From: a virus
Strand: one strand, 5' to 3'
Virus record (IMG/VR): IMGVR_UViG_3300045988_067909
Length of the DNA stretch: 64,000 nucleotides
The position numbers and the translations under genes were made by a program. The notes under the pieces are model-generated. The model worked only from the letters and a program-made list of their open reading frames with translations, was not told the origin of the DNA and made no database searches. This document shows positions 41,446 to 50,725 of the stretch, piece by piece. The first letter of the stretch is position 1. Each line of letters starts with the position of its first letter.

Positions 41446-43797
41446 TTGGCACAAGAAATTAAAGTAAATACGCTAGATAAATTTAGAGAAGACCTGAAGC
41501 TATATGCTATTTATATAGCCAAGCACAGGTCTGTACCTGATTTTCGGGATGGTCTTAAAGATGTACAACGTAAGATTCTATATTCGATGTATGCAGACTT
41601 TCCACAAAATACAAATAGAACTTTTAAATCTGCAGGTATCGTTGGTGAGGTAATGAAATCTTATCATCCACACGGCGATAGTGCAATTTATCAATCTATT
41701 AAACCAATGGTTAACTGGTTCGAATGTAATGTACCGTTAATCAGAAAACAAGGTAACTTTGGTAACTTCCAAGGTGATGGTCCAGCTGCTGCTCGTTATA
41801 CAGAAGTAGCATTAGCTGACTTTGCTAAAGAAGCTTTACTAGATGAATTAGATGGTGTAAATGGTTCTCCAAACATCGTTGACTGGAGTCCGACATTTGA
41901 TAATAGTAAAGTAGAACCTGACTTCTTACCTGCAAAGATTCCATTATTATTAATCAATGGTATCTTTGGTATTGCTGTAGGGTTTAGACCAGAAGTTCCA
42001 CCACATAACTTAGGTGAGGTTATTGATGCAACTATTAAGTTATTAGACAACCCTAATGCTCACGTTGTATTGATTCCTGATCATAATATGCCATGTGATA
42101 TTATCGAAACAGATTTCAAGAAGATTAGTAATAATGGTTTTGGTTCTTATCGTGTACGTGGTCATATTGATATTGGTACTTATGATAAGAAACCTGCATT
42201 ATTCATTCATAGTGTACCTAACTCAGTATACTTAGGTACTATTACTGATAATATCGATACATTAGTATCTGAGGGTAAGCTACCACAAATTATCAATAGT
42301 TTTGAAAACCATACACCAACTAAACTAGAGCATATCTTGGTATTGAAACCAGGGTCTGATCCTAACTTTGTTAGAGATACATTGTTTGCTAATACTAGTT
42401 TAGAATGCTCTTATAGGGTAAACTTACAAGTACAGTTTAATGGTAATATCCATAAGCTTACTTATAAGCAATACTTACTAGAGTTCTTACAATTTAGAAA
42501 GATTACTAAGCTACGTTTGTACTATAATCTTCTTCAAAGAGCTAAGACTAAGTTCCATGAACGTGAAGCATACATTACTCTATTGAAATCTGGTGAGATT
42601 GACAAGATTATCAATATGATCAAGAAACGTAAAGACCGTGAAGATCAACCTATTATTGATTATCTTGTAACTAAGTTTAAGATTACTCCATTACAAGCTA
42701 AGACAATCATCAATACTCAAATCAAGAACCTATCTATGGGTAACTTGAATAGATATATTGAAGAGGCTAAAGAGCTTAAAGCTAAGATGGAAGAATGCTT
42801 AGTTAGGATTCATAGTGAAGAAGCTCTCAACGAAGAGATTCGTAATGAATTATTATATTTCAAGAAGAAGTATGGTGTTCCTAGACGTTGTAGAGTAATC
42901 TCTAAAGACGATATTAATAATATCCCTGAGGGCAAATTTAATATCGTAGTTACTGAATCCAATAAGATTAAGAAGTATGGTGTAAATGAACCATTGAATC
43001 TTAACCGTGGTGAACCATGCTCAGCATTTATCTTGAATGCAGACAATAGAGACAATCTATTGATGTTTGATGGGTTCGGTAGAGTATTCAGTATGCCTGT
43101 ACATAAGATTCCACTAACTGGTAAAGGACAAAATGGTACAGATGCGTTATCTTTGAATAAGAAGATGACATCTATCGTTACTAATATCATTAGTGAATCT
43201 AAGGTAAAAGAATTAGCTAAGTCTAAAGCTTATACTATGGTAGTATTGACACAAGCTGGTTATATTAAACGTCTAGAATTGGATGACTTCTGTTCAGTAG
43301 CATCTGGTGGTCTTATCTATAGTAAGTTAGAGAATGGTGACAAAGTACAATCTATTGTCATTACTCAAAATGGTGATAACCAAATCATTACTTACTCTCA
43401 TAAGAAAGCATTACGATTCAAATCTGATGATATTCCAGTATTGAAACGTGCTACTCGAGGCGTTAAGGCTATGAATACTACTGATAATGTCGATGGTATG
43501 TCAGTAGTCTTTGGTGGTTGTACTAATGCTATTGTAGTAACTCATAATGGTTACATCAATAAGATTGATATTAGTGCATTGCCTATGTCTTCTAGAGCAA
43601 GAGCTGGTAATAATGTAATCAAACTAGGTCGTGGTGATGCAATCAGAGATATCTTAATCGTAAGAGATACAGATGTAGTTATGATTGAATCGGCTACAGG
43701 TAAAGAAGATGTAGCAGTACGTGATATTCCATTAGGCTCTTCTATCTCCAAAGGAAATAGAGTTCCTAATCTTATCCGTGTAGTAAAAAGAATCTAA
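41446..43797 (+). CDS. Type IIA DNA topoisomerase, DNA-cleavage subunit (GyrA/ParC-like; T4 gp52 analogue). Apparent TTG start.
   Basis: RSVPDFRDGLKDVQRKILY (GyrA RALPDVRDGLKPVHRRVLY) and the active-site Tyr region AAARYTE (GyrA AAMRYTE). SD GGAGGG sits 8 nt before the TTG. Confidence 0.75.
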   Translation: MAQEIKVNTLDKFREDLKLYAIYIAKHRSVPDFRDGLKDVQRKILYSMYADFPQNTNRTFKSAGIVGEVMKSYHPHGDSAIYQSIKPMVNWFECNVPLIRKQGNFGNFQGDGPAAARYTEVALADFAKEALLDELDGVNGSPNIVDWSPTFDNSKVEPDFLPAKIPLLLINGIFGIAVGFRPEVPPHNLGEVIDATIKLLDNPNAHVVLIPDHNMPCDIIETDFKKISNNGFGSYRVRGHIDIGTYDKKPALFIHSVPNSVYLGTITDNIDTLVSEGKLPQIINSFENHTPTKLEHILVLKPGSDPNFVRDTLFANTSLECSYRVNLQVQFNGNIHKLTYKQYLLEFLQFRKITKLRLYYNLLQRAKTKFHEREAYITLLKSGEIDKIINMIKKRKDREDQPIIDYLVTKFKITPLQAKTIINTQIKNLSMGNLNRYIEEAKELKAKMEECLVRIHSEEALNEEIRNELLYFKKKYGVPRRCRVISKDDINNIPEGKFNIVVTESNKIKKYGVNEPLNLNRGEPCSAFILNADNRDNLLMFDGFGRVFSMPVHKIPLTGKGQNGTDALSLNKKMTSIVTNIISESKVKELAKSKAYTMVVLTQAGYIKRLELDDFCSVASGGLIYSKLENGDKVQSIVITQNGDNQIITYSHKKALRFKSDDIPVLKRATRGVKAMNTTDNVDGMSVVFGGCTNAIVVTHNGYINKIDISALPMSSRARAGNNVIKLGRGDAIRDILIVRDTDVVMIESATGKEDVAVRDIPLGSSISKGNRVPNLIRVVKRI

Positions 43798-43804
43798 TTG
43801 TTTT

Positions 43805-43840
43805 ATAGGATGGGAGTGATATCCCATCCTATAATTTTAT
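43805..43840 (+). terminator. Terminator-like hairpin
   Basis: ataggatggga-gtgat-atcccatcctat followed by aattttat. Confidence 0.45.
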
Positions 43841-43852
43841 CGAGGTGATAAA

Positions 43853-44455
43853 ATGAAACAGCAGAAAGTCATCAAAATATTAGATGATCTTGGTATCATT
43901 ACAGTTACTGAAGATAGTACATATAACGATAAACGTGAATGTGTATATGCTGATATCGATATAATAAATATAAAGTATCTTCTAAGCTTAGAGTTTGATG
44001 ATCTAACTAATCTAACTAGTGTAAAATTAGCACCTAAAGCTAATGATCTAGTAGCACCAGCATTTATAGCTTCTACAGCCAATTCTACTAGAGTTATAAG
44101 TACTAAGGTATTTAAAATCTTTCTATCTAAAGTTTACAGTATTCTTATAAAGCATAAGATTAAGTTGCTTAGAAATAAAGAAAATAGGTTCTATAAACTA
44201 TTCAACAGAAGAACTTATACTTTACATATTGATGATGGCACTGAACTAAACTGGGAAGCCAGATCTAAGGATGGTTGTTATATTATATATGCTAACCAAG
44301 CTGGTTATGGTCAGTATTTATATAATCTATATGAAATACCAAAACCTAATTCTGGTGATTGTTTTGGTCAATCATTAGGAACTTATGTACATTTAGATAG
44401 TCTTCTAGACGTTATAGTGGATGGTGATAAAAATGAAACAGCAGAATGTGATTGA
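43853..44455 (+). CDS. Hypothetical protein (200 aa), tandem paralog A
   Basis: N-terminus MKQQKVIKILDDLG. The stretch WEARSKDGCYIIYANQAGYGQYLYNLY aligns with the next ORF. Confidence 0.4.
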   Translation: MKQQKVIKILDDLGIITVTEDSTYNDKRECVYADIDIINIKYLLSLEFDDLTNLTSVKLAPKANDLVAPAFIASTANSTRVISTKVFKIFLSKVYSILIKHKIKLLRNKENRFYKLFNRRTYTLHIDDGTELNWEARSKDGCYIIYANQAGYGQYLYNLYEIPKPNSGDCFGQSLGTYVHLDSLLDVIVDGDKNETAECD

Positions 44456-45365
44456 AAAACTCACTCGTTATGGTTTATTACACCCAGATGATAGAAATAA
44501 ACTCATGAATAATGTAAAAAGAGAAATCGGTATAGGTGTCTACATTAGTGGTGTAGAATACGCTCTTATATTAAACTTTGATAGTGAGAAAAACCTAACA
44601 AAAGTAAAACTAACACCTGAGTTAGATAGAGATGATCCATCGTTTGCTATTAATGCTCATATTATGAATGGGGACTCTATAAGAACTGAAGCATTCAGCT
44701 ATCTTATAACAGCAGCTCATGACATAGTATTGAAACATAAGCTATCTATAAGTAGTGATGAGAATAGACTATATAAGTATTACTTCAAGAATAAGGAATA
44801 TACACTATACCTAGATGGTAGTGTTGGTTATGAATTTGGGTGGGAAGCTACAAGTAGAGATGGTAAGTATTATGTATCTGCAAAACAAGCAGGACATGGT
44901 GAATATACATACCAGTTATACCTGAACAAAGGATTAGTGCCTAGTCCTGATACTAGAGTCTATGAAGCAACTTTTATTGAATTAATTAATGTATTAACTC
45001 ATGTACGTTATCTATATGAAGAAGCTAAAACTGACGTTAATAATGGTGATACTAATTTCTTAGAAGAGACTTTAGACTGTTTAAGCCGTCTCAAGATATC
45101 TACTAAAGATGTGATATGTATTGCATATGGTGATGTATATATGTCTTGGGAAACATTTGTTAAGAATGCAGACTTTAGATATGATAGTGGTTTAGGTAAT
45201 ATGGAAATATCAGATAATATTCGTATATACACTAGAGACTATATCATATATAGACACGAATATGATGGTGCAGAAGAATGGAGAGCTATAAGCACTCTAG
45301 AATCTGTAATCTCTAAGAAAACACAAATATCAAACGATACAGAAGTTGACTTTAGAGCTGAGTAA
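44434..45365 (+). CDS. Hypothetical protein (about 310 aa), tandem paralog B with a C-terminal extension
   Basis: ATG 44434 (MKQQNVIEKL) preferred. The 22-nt initiation region GGTGATAAAA-TGAAACAGCAGAA is duplicated from paralog A. WEATSRDGKYYVSAKQAGHGEYTYQLY. Confidence 0.4.
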
Positions 45366-45373
45366 GATTCAAA

Positions 45374-45410
45374 TACAGGTACTGGAAGTTCCAGTACCTG
45401 TTTATTTTTT
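45374..45410 (+). terminator. Strong intrinsic terminator
   Basis: acaggtactgg-aagtt-ccagtacctgt followed by ttattttttc. Confidence 0.65.
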
Positions 45411-45858
45411 CTCATCATACTCTCATTTAACCTAACACTACTGTAATAGCAGTGACAGCTGTCTATTACACCCTTATCTGGATTTAACGGTAGCCAGATT
45501 TGGTTGTTACTTCTTATATACCGTATATTATACAGGTGCCAGTATCTTAACAAACGGCCATGTTAGATACTCGTTGCAGTGTTTGCAGGTTTATTATTGT
45601 TTTCCTTGTTGCAATAATAGACAAAGTTTCCTCTTAATGGATTAGGGTAGTCCATAACCTACCCTAATACCATTACTCCTATTTACGTGATACCGTGCGG
45701 TATAATAAACTCCTTACTTAAACTAAAATAGCTTACCCAGTATAGACAGTGTCTATACTGGGTATTTGCCGTTTCGTAAAACTTAGTTTTTTCAGTTATA
45801 TACTATAATGGTAATATCATGGTTATATTATTTAGTTTACATATAGGAGGAATATATC

Positions 45859-46242
45859 ATGAGCATTTCTGTAGGTATCAAACGTGTTGGTGTAGATCAT
45901 AACCACAATCAATATAAATATACAGTTTTGAGCATTGATGAAATCAAAGCTCAAACTGATAGCTTGATTGATTTATTAGATAGATGCAAACCTATCTTGA
46001 CAACACAAAAAGTTCTTACTGCATTAAGAAGTGATAAAGTGGTAAATTATCCACTAGGTCACGAATATGCTATTCTTGAAATGAAGAAGCAAGTAAGCGC
46101 TATCTTCGCAAATATCAGAGCAAAATATGCTCACAACGGTCTTGGCTTCAAGATCGAAACCATTAACAAAATTGAATCTTCTGTAAAATACAGAATTATG
46201 TGCATTATGAAAGATGCATATAAGATTCAAAATCAAAAATAA
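45859..46242 (+). CDS. Hypothetical protein (127 aa)
   Basis: Strong SD (TAGGAGGA). Flanked downstream by a bidirectional terminator. Confidence 0.4.
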   Translation: MSISVGIKRVGVDHNHNQYKYTVLSIDEIKAQTDSLIDLLDRCKPILTTQKVLTALRSDKVVNYPLGHEYAILEMKKQVSAIFANIRAKYAHNGLGFKIETINKIESSVKYRIMCIMKDAYKIQNQK

Positions 46243-46248
46243 GATAAT

Positions 46249-46298
46249 AAGGCTAGAGGAATTTCCTCTAGCCTTAATCTATTTTATTTTTTTTTATT
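46249..46298. terminator. Bidirectional intrinsic terminator between convergent genes
   Basis: aaggctagagga-atttc-ctctagcctt. T-runs lie on both sides (attttatttttttttatt on the plus strand). Confidence 0.6.
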
Positions 46299-47013
46299 CA
46301 CGACGGGATATCTTCTTACCACTTAAAGTCAATGGTGTTACATTGCCAATATTGATTAAGTTAGTAGATAGATGTGCACCTAGCATATATACGTTAAGTA
46401 AGTTCTTACTCATAGGATCACTAGGGTCATCAGGGATATCATCTTGAGAGATATAACCCATAGTAGAGATAGTATTATACATAGCTTGTTTAGCTTCCAT
46501 GGAATCTGCACGTGCTCTGGATAACTCTTTAATAGTTGCATCCATGCCACTAACTACAAGAGATTCCATTTCTCTATCAGATGTAATACCATTCTTATCA
46601 TGAGAGATAAGCATACCTGTCTTATTATCACGCATAGCTATATTAGTAGAGATAGCGTTCTTTTTTGTCAAGAATTGTTTCATACGTTTTAGATGTAAGT
46701 ACCCAACTAATGCTTCATGAGATGTAGCACCATGACCATTCTCATCTGTATAGATATATGGCATTTCGACTTTCTCTAAGATAGGTACACCCATTACATC
46801 AGCAGCTTTCTCTACTTGGTCCATAGTTGGTTCAATCTCGAATACACGAGTGATAAATCTAAATGGATATTTACCAGATACAAACTTAGTAAACTCTTTA
46901 TCACTCATATCAGAGAATATCTTTTTATAATAGTCAGTAACTTTACCAGATGGATCCATAGCTAGCATTACATCAAATACTAGCTTTTCGGCTTTCTTTC
47001 TTTGTGGTGTCAT
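46294..47013 (-). CDS. Hypothetical protein (239 aa), part of an inverted two-gene module
   Basis: SD GGAGGAA. No motifs. Confidence 0.4.
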   Translation of the reverse strand: MTPQRKKAEKLVFDVMLAMDPSGKVTDYYKKIFSDMSDKEFTKFVSGKYPFRFITRVFEIEPTMDQVEKAADVMGVPILEKVEMPYIYTDENGHGATSHEALVGYLHLKRMKQFLTKKNAISTNIAMRDNKTGMLISHDKNGITSDREMESLVVSGMDATIKELSRARADSMEAKQAMYNTISTMGYISQDDIPDDPSDPMSKNLLNVYMLGAHLSTNLINIGNVTPLTLSGKKISRRE

Positions 47014-47023
47014 TTAGTTCCTC

Positions 47024-48211
47024 CTATAGATTAGAGAAGTGAATCATTAAAGCGAAATACATTAGAACGGAACGTTGGTAACTGGCTTTTGTAGCAGCAC
47101 GGTTCTTACGTACATGATAACGTCTAGAGCCATTCATTAACCATCGTTCTAAGATTTCCTTAGATCTGATTACTTCTTTGACTTTACTATTAGGTCTAGG
47201 TGCTGTAGTAAATCTTACAAACTCAACACGTTTAACGTCTTTCTTATCTGTGCTTTGGAAGAATAGATATACTAGAAGACTAATGAACTCTTTAACTTCA
47301 GTAAGAGACTTAGTATCATTCTTTAACACCCATTCTATGATAGCTTTGATTTCATCAGTAGATACATTAACGTCAGCTGCCATCTTACAGTAAGAATAGT
47401 TTACACCCATAGTACTAATAGCTTGAACTGTCTTATCAATTACACGTTCAGCCATAAGACTATCAGTATCAGCCAATCTATAGTTATCTTCACTATAGTC
47501 ATCACTAGCATAGTTAAGATATTCATTACGATTTTCAAATGCTTCATAATACAACGTAGCGATATTCTTCATGAATGATTTGATACGTGTATGCAATTGC
47601 TGTACGATATCTTTGATATCTTCATCATCAAAGTCTTCAAACTTATCTTGATATGTCTCAGCCCATGTTGTAGCAATAGAACGTATTGCACCAAATACAT
47701 TACCTTTGACTTTAAGATCGTATTTAGCAGACATCTTATTATTGACTACATAATCCATTACGTGTTTATACTCAATAGGCTGTACAACTTGGAATGAGCC
47801 ATAATGAATAGATGGATAGAAAGACCCAGAGAATGCTATATTAACTAATGATAGGTCTAATTCTTTATAGTATTTCTTTCTATTCATTAAGAAGTATCTA
47901 ACTATACATAGCATAGCTATAGTAGTCTCATCTTTAGCAGCAGCCGGGTTAAAAGACGGAATACTAAAATAGAAAGTATTCCGTAATTCTCTTTGGATGA
48001 CAGAACGTTGAATGCCTAGCATTCTGAAGAATTCATCTCTATCGTTATCAGTAAAGTAAATACGTCTATATGGTGCAATAGCATATAAGTCTTCAGCTCT
48101 AGCTGCAATGAATTTACTGATATATTGTTTATATTGGGAAACCCTTCTAGAGATAGCTTGCTCTATTAGAGGGTATATCTTCTTAAGTATAACTTCGTTA
48201 TCTTGCTTCAT
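47024..48211 (-). CDS. Hypothetical protein (about 396 aa; the track ORF extends to 48280)
   Basis: AGGAGG-ATA-ATGATG on the minus strand favours a start at 48211 or 48214. No motifs. Confidence 0.35.
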   Translation of the reverse strand: MKQDNEVILKKIYPLIEQAISRRVSQYKQYISKFIAARAEDLYAIAPYRRIYFTDNDRDEFFRMLGIQRSVIQRELRNTFYFSIPSFNPAAAKDETTIAMLCIVRYFLMNRKKYYKELDLSLVNIAFSGSFYPSIHYGSFQVVQPIEYKHVMDYVVNNKMSAKYDLKVKGNVFGAIRSIATTWAETYQDKFEDFDDEDIKDIVQQLHTRIKSFMKNIATLYYEAFENRNEYLNYASDDYSEDNYRLADTDSLMAERVIDKTVQAISTMGVNYSYCKMAADVNVSTDEIKAIIEWVLKNDTKSLTEVKEFISLLVYLFFQSTDKKDVKRVEFVRFTTAPRPNSKVKEVIRSKEILERWLMNGSRRYHVRKNRAATKASYQRSVLMYFALMIHFSNL

Positions 48212-48279
48212 CATTATCCTCCTTGATTTTATTAAGATGTTTCCGTGAAACACTTTAATAAGCCAAGGAGGAATAAGCA

Positions 48280-49521
48280 ATGTTTATTTATAACGAACAG
48301 TATTTTGGTAAGACACCAAGTCTTATCAAACTAGAATCTATTATCGGAGATATCCGTAAACAAAAGTACAAGAATGATACAGTAGTCGAATCTAAAGAAC
48401 TAGCTAAAGTCATGAAGAATCAATTTGGTTTTGCTAATACTAATTTCTTAGTAGACTTCACTACAGCGAAGAATGCTTATACATTAGTATTCAGAGATAA
48501 ACTAAATGGTATGGGTAAACCTATCTTTAAGAATGGTACATACCAATTTAACCCAAAAGACGGTTATGATCTAAATGTATATTTCTCTTATGGTTTATTA
48601 TGTGATACTAGCTTTACTAATGAAGAGCTAGTAGCCATCTTATTGCATGAGATTGGTCATCATTTCAGTGCTAAAGCTGCTATGTATGAATACAATCTCC
48701 CTAGTATCAAGAACCTAGTTCGTGGTATGACTGATATGAATAAAGCTATCTATAATTTAACTAATGGTGCTAAAGAAGATATCCGTAATATTAGTGATGC
48801 TAATATAATGGCTGGTATCCAGCAAGCATTTAATGGTTTAGATTGTAGATCCGCTTTGGCTTATATTAATAACGGTGTAGTCTTAGTTAAAGATGCTATC
48901 TTAAATGGTAATATCTCAGATGCATTCAAATTCCTAACTGGTGATAAAACTGTAGTCAATAAAGTAATGAATACTAAGTTTGACCAATCAGTAAAGAATC
49001 TTGTTTCTGAATATGATTCCGAAGAAGAGAAGTCTGATGCATTTGCCACTATCTATGGTTATGGTCCTGCATTGACTACAGCATTGACTAAGTTAGAGTC
49101 TAATAAATTAGATACTAGACAAAGCACTACAGAATCTAATGTATTAGAATGGATTCTTAAGTTCTACGTTACATTTGGTATTATAGGTGTATTTGAATTC
49201 TTTATTGATTCAATGGCACATATTGATTCAAGTAAACGTACATTAGCAGCATTAGCTGTATTAAACCAAGAACTTAAGACAGCTAATCTTACACCTAAAC
49301 AACGTAAACGTATCCAGCAAGATATCATTGATATTACTAAAGATTATGAATCATATCTTGAAGCAAAACAGGCTTTATTTAAAAAGACTGGTTACGTTAA
49401 ACTAGCGTTCGTATATAATAAGATCTTATTCTTATACCATACTAAGTTTAATAGTGATAGAAACTTAGAATCCTATCAGCAACTATTGAACTTGTATAGA
49501 ATGGCTTCATCTAGATCCTAA
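48280..49521 (+). CDS. HExxH zinc-metallopeptidase-like protein (413 aa)
   Basis: LVAILLHEIGHHFS zincin motif at about aa 120. Strong SD CAAGGAGGA. Family not determinable by eye. Confidence 0.4.
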   Translation: MFIYNEQYFGKTPSLIKLESIIGDIRKQKYKNDTVVESKELAKVMKNQFGFANTNFLVDFTTAKNAYTLVFRDKLNGMGKPIFKNGTYQFNPKDGYDLNVYFSYGLLCDTSFTNEELVAILLHEIGHHFSAKAAMYEYNLPSIKNLVRGMTDMNKAIYNLTNGAKEDIRNISDANIMAGIQQAFNGLDCRSALAYINNGVVLVKDAILNGNISDAFKFLTGDKTVVNKVMNTKFDQSVKNLVSEYDSEEEKSDAFATIYGYGPALTTALTKLESNKLDTRQSTTESNVLEWILKFYVTFGIIGVFEFFIDSMAHIDSSKRTLAALAVLNQELKTANLTPKQRKRIQQDIIDITKDYESYLEAKQALFKKTGYVKLAFVYNKILFLYHTKFNSDRNLESYQQLLNLYRMASSRS

Positions 49522-49585
49522 CATATAAGTAGCTAAGATTTTTTCATTTGACTCCTAAATAACTAAATGTACTTACCTAGTAGAG

Positions 49586-49630
49586 CCCTAGTACGGATAT
49601 AATTTGTACTAGGGTTTTATTTGCCTTTTG
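49586..49630 (+). terminator. Intrinsic terminator
   Basis: ccctagtac-N11-gtactaggg followed by ttttatttgcctttt. Confidence 0.55.
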
Positions 49631-49855
49631 TAAAAAATAAAATCATATAAACAATATAGTGATAGGTAGCACCTCGTATAATCTATAACTTATAAATCTA
49701 CCTATCAAGAGGCTTATATAGTTGATACTTTCAGTATAGTAGGCTATCTCATAACCATTCAATCCCTACTATACTTCCCTTCTAATCAACTATAAGGGTC
49801 AAGCGCTTCTTCAAGAGTTATCGAATTAACTCACTTTAAACACAACAAGAATACT

Positions 49856-49890
49856 CCATATAGGCATTGCCTGTATGGGGTTTTCTTGTG
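49856..49890 (+). terminator. Intrinsic terminator inside an ORF-free region. Its hairpin sequence is nearly identical to the terminator at 53686.
   Basis: ccatatagg-cattg-cctgtatgg followed by ggttttcttgtg. Compare cccatataggcaatgcctatatggg at 53686..53710. Confidence 0.45.
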
Positions 49891-49929
49891 TTACCTATAC
49901 CACACTTATATAAAAAAGGAGGATAATTT

Positions 49930-50439
49930 ATGGAAATTGATGGAATGCCAGAAATTAAATTGAGCAGTGTGTCTGCTAAAAAAGCTGTATCTCCATTACG
50001 TGAAGAACAAGAACCACAGTTAACTGTATTCTTAGGTGGTACCTGTAATGGCTCTGTATGGAGAAATGATTTACTTAGAATGCTAACTGACAAGGTAAAA
50101 GCATTTAACCCTGTAGTGTCAGTATGGGATGAACGTGCTAAGTTCGAAGAGAAGTATCATCGTGACCATGATGATGTAAGACTATATTGTATTACACCAG
50201 CCATGTCAGGAGTATACTCTATTGCTGAAGTAGTAGATGATAGTAATAAGAGACCTGAAAATACCATACTATGCGTATTGTATAGTGACTTTGGTGGTGA
50301 TTTTACTTATACTAATCATCAATTAGCTTCTATGAAAGCCTTAATGGATTTAGTAGAGTCTAATGGTGTAAAAGTATTCGATAGCCTATATGATGTAGCA
50401 GTCTACTTAAATAACAGAGCTGAACATATAGCTAAATAA
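49930..50439 (+). CDS. Nucleoside 2-deoxyribosyltransferase / DNPH1(Rcl)-like Rossmann protein (169 aa)
   Basis: The N-terminal motif TVFLGGTCNGSVWRNDLLRML resembles the YFCGSIRGGR..L block of DNPH1/NDT-fold enzymes. Assignment is tentative. Confidence 0.3.
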   Translation: MEIDGMPEIKLSSVSAKKAVSPLREEQEPQLTVFLGGTCNGSVWRNDLLRMLTDKVKAFNPVVSVWDERAKFEEKYHRDHDDVRLYCITPAMSGVYSIAEVVDDSNKRPENTILCVLYSDFGGDFTYTNHQLASMKALMDLVESNGVKVFDSLYDVAVYLNNRAEHIAK

Positions 50440-50461
50440 TTCATTTATGGAGGAAAAAATT

Positions 50462-50593
50462 ATGGCAGATAATAAATATGGCGTAATCAATGAAGTTGGT
50501 GACTTAGGATTAGGTTTCCAAGAGCTTAATGATAATGATCAAAAAGTGCTTCAAGAACAATTGAAGCAAGAACAAGACAAAGATAAAAAATAG
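50462..50593 (+). CDS. Possible small acidic protein (43 aa), not in the supplied track
   Basis: GGAGGAAAAAATTATG. Translates to MADNKYGVINEVGDLGLGFQELNDNDQKVLQEQLKQEQDKDKK. Its own terminator follows at 50603..50649. Confidence 0.3.
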   Translation: MADNKYGVINEVGDLGLGFQELNDNDQKVLQEQLKQEQDKDKK

Positions 50594-50602
50594 TTGTCTA
50601 AG

Positions 50603-50649
50603 ATATGTAGTAGAGCCTCTTATCGGTTCTACTACATATTTATTTTTTA
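50603..50649 (+). terminator. Intrinsic terminator
   Basis: atatgtagtag-N15-ctactacatat followed by ttatttttt. Confidence 0.5.
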
Positions 50650-50676
50650 CACTCACTGTAACTGTATATTAATCAG

Positions 50677-50688
50677 ACCCAATTGGGT
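50677..50688. promoter_or_regulatory. Perfect 12-bp palindrome upstream of the tubulin gene (candidate operator)
   Basis: ACCCAATTGGGT, 38 nt upstream of ATG 50726. Confidence 0.3.
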
Positions 50689-50725
50689 TAATATAGGTTA
50701 CTTATTTTAATACGAGGTAATTATT

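Noticed and set aside
45239-45553. Minus-strand 104-aa ORF spanning the 3' end of gene 44434..45365 and the strong terminator
   Set aside because: It overlaps a terminator hairpin and a coding region, has no SD, and its translation has skewed composition.
45366-45858. Possible tRNA genes in the long non-coding regions (this one and 49522..49929)
   Set aside because: Neither region has a canonical T-loop (GTTCRANYC) or a matching acceptor stem. The best candidate, gagtta-tcgaat-taactc at about 49820, lacks a complementary 5' acceptor strand.
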